The notes under the pieces: model-generated
The model's input: only the letters and a program-made list of their open reading frames with translations
Database searches by the model: none
What the model was told of the DNA's origin: nothing
Made by a program: the position numbers and the translations under genes
Origin: Candidatus Bathyarchaeia archaeon
Lineage (GTDB): Archaea > Thermoproteota > Bathyarchaeia > Bathyarchaeales > SOJC01
Reading direction: 5' to 3'
Assembly (NCBI GenBank): GCA_046760665.1
Contig: JBHIEO010000001.1
Location: 1 to 29,263 of the forward strand
DNA length: 29,263 bases
Shown: one piece after another, positions 26,015 to 29,263 of the stretch
How the letters are laid out: every line of letters begins with the position of its first letter
Position numbering within the stretch: the stretch's first letter is position 1

Positions 26015-27229
26015 ATGTTAGGAGAATTAAAGGAAAACGAGGAAAAACGCTTGCAAACACGTAAAAAAAAGGCCGAAAGGTTAAGAAATATCAAGCCTTC
26101 CGGAATTCGTCGTCTTTTTGCATTAACTCAAGAAGCCCCAAGCCTCATAAGCCTCGGTTTGGGAGAGCCCGACTTTACGCCTCCAAGACATATTTTGGAG
26201 GCAGCTAAACATGCGATGGATGAAGGAAAAACTCATTATACACCTTCGAACGGTATTCCCGAATTGAGAGAGGCCTTAGCGAAGAAATTTATACAAGAAT
26301 ATGGGCTTTCCTATAGTCCAGAGAATGAAATCTTAGTTACCGTAGGGGCAACAGAAGCCGTCTCTCTTGCGTTATTAGCCTTCATAAATCCTGGCGATGA
26401 AGTGCTATTACCTGACCCTGGTTTTGTTTGTTACAAACCTGCAGTGTTAATTGCGGGCGGGATTCCTGTTTCAATGCCAATGCTTGAGAATGATGGTTTT
26501 AAACCAGATATAGAAACTGTGACATCACTTATCACAAAGAAGTCACGTGTGATTATTATCAACTCCCCCAACAACCCTACAGGGTCTATTTTAACATATG
26601 ACGAGTTGGCAGAATTAGCAAAACTTGCAGTTGAAAACGATTTGGTTGTGATTTCTGATGAGGTTTATGAAAAAATTGTCTATGACGATGCAAAACACTA
26701 TTGCTTAGCAACATTTCCTGGCATGCGTGGTCGAACAATAGTTGTTAATTCCTTTTCTAAAACATATGCGATGACTGGTTTTCGTGTTGGCTACGCATTA
26801 GGACCTGAAGATTTAATCTCAGCCATGTTTCTTGTTCAACAATTTACTGTAGCATGTGTTGATGGGCCGGCACAATATGCTGCTACGGCAGCTTTGGAAG
26901 GTTCGCAAAAATTCGTATCGAACATGGTTTCTAAATTTGACAAAAGACGTAGACTTGTCTACAAGCGATTAAGTGAAATTGAAGGATTTGATTGCTCACT
27001 TCCAAAGGGTGCATTCTACGCTTTTCCAAACATTAAAGCATTTAAAACCGCGTCTGATGATTTTTCCGAGTTCCTTTTGAAAGAGGCTCAAGTTTTTGTA
27101 ACACCTGGTTCCTCGTTTGGCAGGTACGGCGAAGGCTTTTTGCGACTGTCTTATGCTGCAGCCTATGAAAAAATTGATGAAGCTTTGGGTAGGATAGAAA
27201 GAGCTATTAAAAAGTTTAAGAAATCCTAA
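26015..27229 (+). CDS. Class I/II PLP aminotransferase (aspartate aminotransferase-like)
   Basis: LGLGEPDF, YTPSNGIPELR, NSPNNPTG, ISDEVYE, NSFSKTYAMTGFRVG (PLP lysine), GAFYAF, LRLSYA. Confidence 0.95.
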   Translation: MLGELKENEEKRLQTRKKKAERLRNIKPSGIRRLFALTQEAPSLISLGLGEPDFTPPRHILEAAKHAMDEGKTHYTPSNGIPELREALAKKFIQEYGLSYSPENEILVTVGATEAVSLALLAFINPGDEVLLPDPGFVCYKPAVLIAGGIPVSMPMLENDGFKPDIETVTSLITKKSRVIIINSPNNPTGSILTYDELAELAKLAVENDLVVISDEVYEKIVYDDAKHYCLATFPGMRGRTIVVNSFSKTYAMTGFRVGYALGPEDLISAMFLVQQFTVACVDGPAQYAATAALEGSQKFVSNMVSKFDKRRRLVYKRLSEIEGFDCSLPKGAFYAFPNIKAFKTASDDFSEFLLKEAQVFVTPGSSFGRYGEGFLRLSYAAAYEKIDEALGRIERAIKKFKKS

Positions 27230-27248
27230 GTTTTAGAAAGGCTAAATC

Positions 27249-27257
27249 TCTTTTTTT
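27249..27257 (+). terminator. Candidate oligo-T terminator after the aminotransferase
   Basis: TCTTTTTTT about 20 nt after the stop codon. Confidence 0.35.
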
Positions 27258-27268
27258 GGGCTTATTCA

Positions 27269-27315
27269 ACATCACGTATACATCACATGGCTGTGACATA
27301 TGTGATGTCACAGCC
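27269..27315. repeat. TGTGA-N2-TCACA palindrome cluster 3 and 11-bp inverted repeat
   Basis: ACATCAC at 27269 and 27280, TGTGAC at 27292, TGTGATGTCACA at 27301-27312; IR GGCTGTGACAT (27289-27299) / ATGTCACAGCC (27305-27315). Confidence 0.8.
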
Positions 27316-28141
27316 TTTCTGAGAATTCCTTTAATGAAGCGTACAGTTCTGGTCTCAAATCGCGAAGGGTGGGCACAAAGGCTTCTACTGGTCTTAAGTC
27401 TTCATAATCTACGGATCCGAATGAAATATCTTCCTCATCATATTTTGTTTGTGTAATGATGGTGCCACTTGGTCCTATGAGGCGGCTTCCTCCCCAAAAC
27501 TGTAACCCGTCTTCTATGCCAACAAGGTTTACGTATGCTAAGAAGCATGTGTTTTCTATTGCTCGTGCAGTTGTAAGGACTTCGAAAAATTTTTTCCTTA
27601 TAGCCGGTGAAGCTGAGATGCAAATTACGAATTTTGCTCCTTGGATGCGTAATGCCCGAGTTGTTTCTGGGAAGAATATGTCGTAGCATATGGTTATGCC
27701 TATTTTTCCGAGGCTTGTTTCGAAGACTGGCGTTTGGTATCCTGGTCTGAAGTATCTTTTTTCTTCGAAAACGCTGTGGGTTGGTAAATGCATTTTTCTG
27801 TATTTGCCGATGTAGCCTTCTGGTCCTGTTAGGACGGCTGTGTTGTAGAGTATTGCCTTTCCTTTTTCGCTTCGTTCTGGCATGCCATGGATTACGTAGA
27901 GGTTTTCTTTTTTAGCCATTTTTTCGATTTTTTCTGTCGAAGGTCCTGGAACTTCTTCGGCTAGTTCATATGTTAGGTCTCTTGTGGTATATCCTGTGAG
28001 GGACATTTCAGGGAAAATGATGACGTCGGCTTTTTGTTTTTTGGCTTGTATAACGTATTTTGATATTTTACTGATATTATGTTGCTTGTTTCCGATTTTG
28101 CAGGGGAATTGGGCTAAGGCTACCTTGAACGGGTTCTTCAT
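27308..28141 (-). CDS. Carbon-nitrogen hydrolase (nitrilase-family amidase/glutaminase)
   Basis: Glu-Lys-Cys triad motifs IFPEMSLTGY, YRKMHLP, ITICYDIFFPE; also FWGGS. Confidence 0.93.
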   Translation of the reverse strand: MKNPFKVALAQFPCKIGNKQHNISKISKYVIQAKKQKADVIIFPEMSLTGYTTRDLTYELAEEVPGPSTEKIEKMAKKENLYVIHGMPERSEKGKAILYNTAVLTGPEGYIGKYRKMHLPTHSVFEEKRYFRPGYQTPVFETSLGKIGITICYDIFFPETTRALRIQGAKFVICISASPAIRKKFFEVLTTARAIENTCFLAYVNLVGIEDGLQFWGGSRLIGPSGTIITQTKYDEEDISFGSVDYEDLRPVEAFVPTLRDLRPELYASLKEFSERL

Positions 28142-28142
28142 G

Positions 28143-28991
28143 TTATGCTGCCTCTGTTGTGCGAGTAAGTCTAAAGTCGGTGTTTATAGTTCGGTACTCG
28201 AGTTTTGTTGTTAAAGGCATTTTTCTTTTGTGTTCTGTTTGTAACCATCTTTTTTTAACAGATGCAATAGTCTTGGTTGGCAAACGAAGTTGTTTTGCTA
28301 TTGTTTGTACAGACATGAAATGTTCCAAGCCATAAAGAATTAGGTCTATGGTTTCATATTTTAGACCTAACTCTCCTTCTGCCGTCTGGTTTGGCCACAG
28401 GGCAGGGGTTGATGGTTTTCTAGCAATTTCTGGTGGTATGCCAATGTGAAGGGCAAGCTGACGGACTTGGGTTTTGTAGAGATCCATGATGGGAGCGATG
28501 TCTGCGGCTGCATCCCCCCATTTGGTGTAGTAGCCTATCATAGTTTCACTTTTGTCGCTGCTGCCGGCTACGACACGGTTTTGGCAGTTTGCGTAATAGT
28601 AAAGAATGAGCATGCGCGTTCGAGCTTTGAGGTTTCCTCGGCTTATCTTGTCTTTTGGGTTATAATCGGGGATGATTTTGTATAAAGTATTTAGAGTTTC
28701 TGTAAGGTCGATAGTTTTTAGTTGAAATTTGAATTTTTTGGCGAGTTGTTTTACATGTTTGTGGTCAGTTTCGTTGTAAGTTTCTTTTTCTGGCATGTAG
28801 AGTGCTAGAAGTTTATCGGGCCCTATAGCCATTGTAGAGAGAGCAACTGTGGTGGCACTGTCAACTCCTCCTGAAACTCCTAAGACTATGCCTTTTGCTT
28901 TTGTCTTGTTTATGTAGTCTTTGATAAAACGTGTGATTTTTTGCTGCGTAGTTTTCGGGTTAATTTGGAGTAGTTTGTCTGCTAGTCTCAT
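28143..28991 (-). CDS. nadE: NAD+ synthetase (single-domain synthetase subunit)
   Basis: VLGVSGGVDSA, GNLKARTRM, GSSDKSE, GYYTKWGD, DLYKTQV, KPSTPALW. Confidence 0.96.
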   Translation of the reverse strand: MRLADKLLQINPKTTQQKITRFIKDYINKTKAKGIVLGVSGGVDSATTVALSTMAIGPDKLLALYMPEKETYNETDHKHVKQLAKKFKFQLKTIDLTETLNTLYKIIPDYNPKDKISRGNLKARTRMLILYYYANCQNRVVAGSSDKSETMIGYYTKWGDAAADIAPIMDLYKTQVRQLALHIGIPPEIARKPSTPALWPNQTAEGELGLKYETIDLILYGLEHFMSVQTIAKQLRLPTKTIASVKKRWLQTEHKRKMPLTTKLEYRTINTDFRLTRTTEAA

Positions 28992-29109
28992 AAACTGAAT
29001 CCCTCTGTTGTTTGTTTGGTATTGGCTGCTTTTATCTTTAAGGTGACTGATGACTCGTATGTCTATCGACCTTCAAATTTTGTTTGGCTTCAAATAGGTG
29101 ACCGTGAGG

Positions 29110-29124
29110 CAAAACGCTTTTAGA
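29110..29124 (+). promoter_or_regulatory. Candidate BRE/TATA of the tRNA gene
   Basis: CAAAAC followed by TTTTAGA about 30 nt upstream of the tRNA 5' end. Confidence 0.35.
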
Positions 29125-29151
29125 CACGATGCTAGTTTTTGACTTGTCGAT

Positions 29152-29263
29152 GCCGGGGTGGCAGAGCGGTAATGCGCCGGCCTCGAGATCCAAAATGTGT
29201 AAAACAGGGCCAGTTAGCCGGTGGGTCTTCGACCCTCAGGGGTTCAAATCCTCTCCCCGGCGC
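29152..29263 (+). tRNA. tRNA-Ser(CGA) with a 28-nt intron at position 37/38 (29188-29215); 3' end at window edge
   Basis: Acceptor stem GCCGGGG/CCCCGGC, anticodon stem CCGGC/GCCGG, loop CT-CGA-G|A, long variable arm GGGTC-TTC-GACCC, T arm AGGGG-TTCAAAT-CCTCT, discriminator G. Confidence 0.93.

Noticed and set aside
25139-27315. Palindrome as a CRP/FNR site or bacterial parS
   Set aside because: The CRP site is TGTGA-N6-TCACA whereas the spacer here is 2 bp; it does not match the parS consensus TGTTTCACGTGAAACA; and no CRP or ParB gene is in the window.
28139-28145. nadE-nitrilase as a frameshifted fused gene
   Set aside because: Both ORFs are complete with their own start and stop, and the domain order is opposite to fused glutamine-dependent NadE.
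9-28685. Short overlapping or antisense ORFs in the six-frame track (e.g. 9-200, 1733-2053, 7060-7503, 9840-10289, 15052-15456, 24554-24868)
   Set aside because: They are shadows of well-supported genes on another frame or strand and carry no recognisable motifs.
29255-29263. Window ending in the tRNA 3' end as evidence of an integrated element
   Set aside because: tRNA 3' ends are common integration sites and assembly breakpoints, but no downstream sequence is available to test this.

Overview
Archaeal core-genome window with no mobile element or CRISPR. The lineage is TACK (PolD, Elf1 and Cdc6 together); Bathyarchaeia is my inference from protein style, not a database result. Left to right: truncated alba; two divergent 2-oxoacid:ferredoxin oxidoreductase operons (Vor-like and Por-like); DUF2070; a divergent Sm/Lsm-fold protein; Sec61beta; glyA-DUF488-MazG; a wHTH protein; PolD DP2; GGGP synthase; Elf1; an AbrB-PhoU regulator; DUF429-PolD DP1; and cdc6. 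Next comes a replication origin (four ORB-like elements and an AT-rich tract, about 20.7-21.2 kb), then a wHTH-nurA-herA operon without mre11/rad50. That operon converges on a membrane-anchored coiled-coil wHTH protein and an HTH-like protein. The window ends with an aminotransferase, nadE-nitrilase and an intron-containing tRNA-Ser(CGA). The most notable signal is three clusters of a TGTGA-N2-TCACA palindrome 4-6 kb from oriC, around the TM-coiled-coil-wHTH gene. I read this as a candidate origin-anchoring/segregation system, but that is a hypothesis only.
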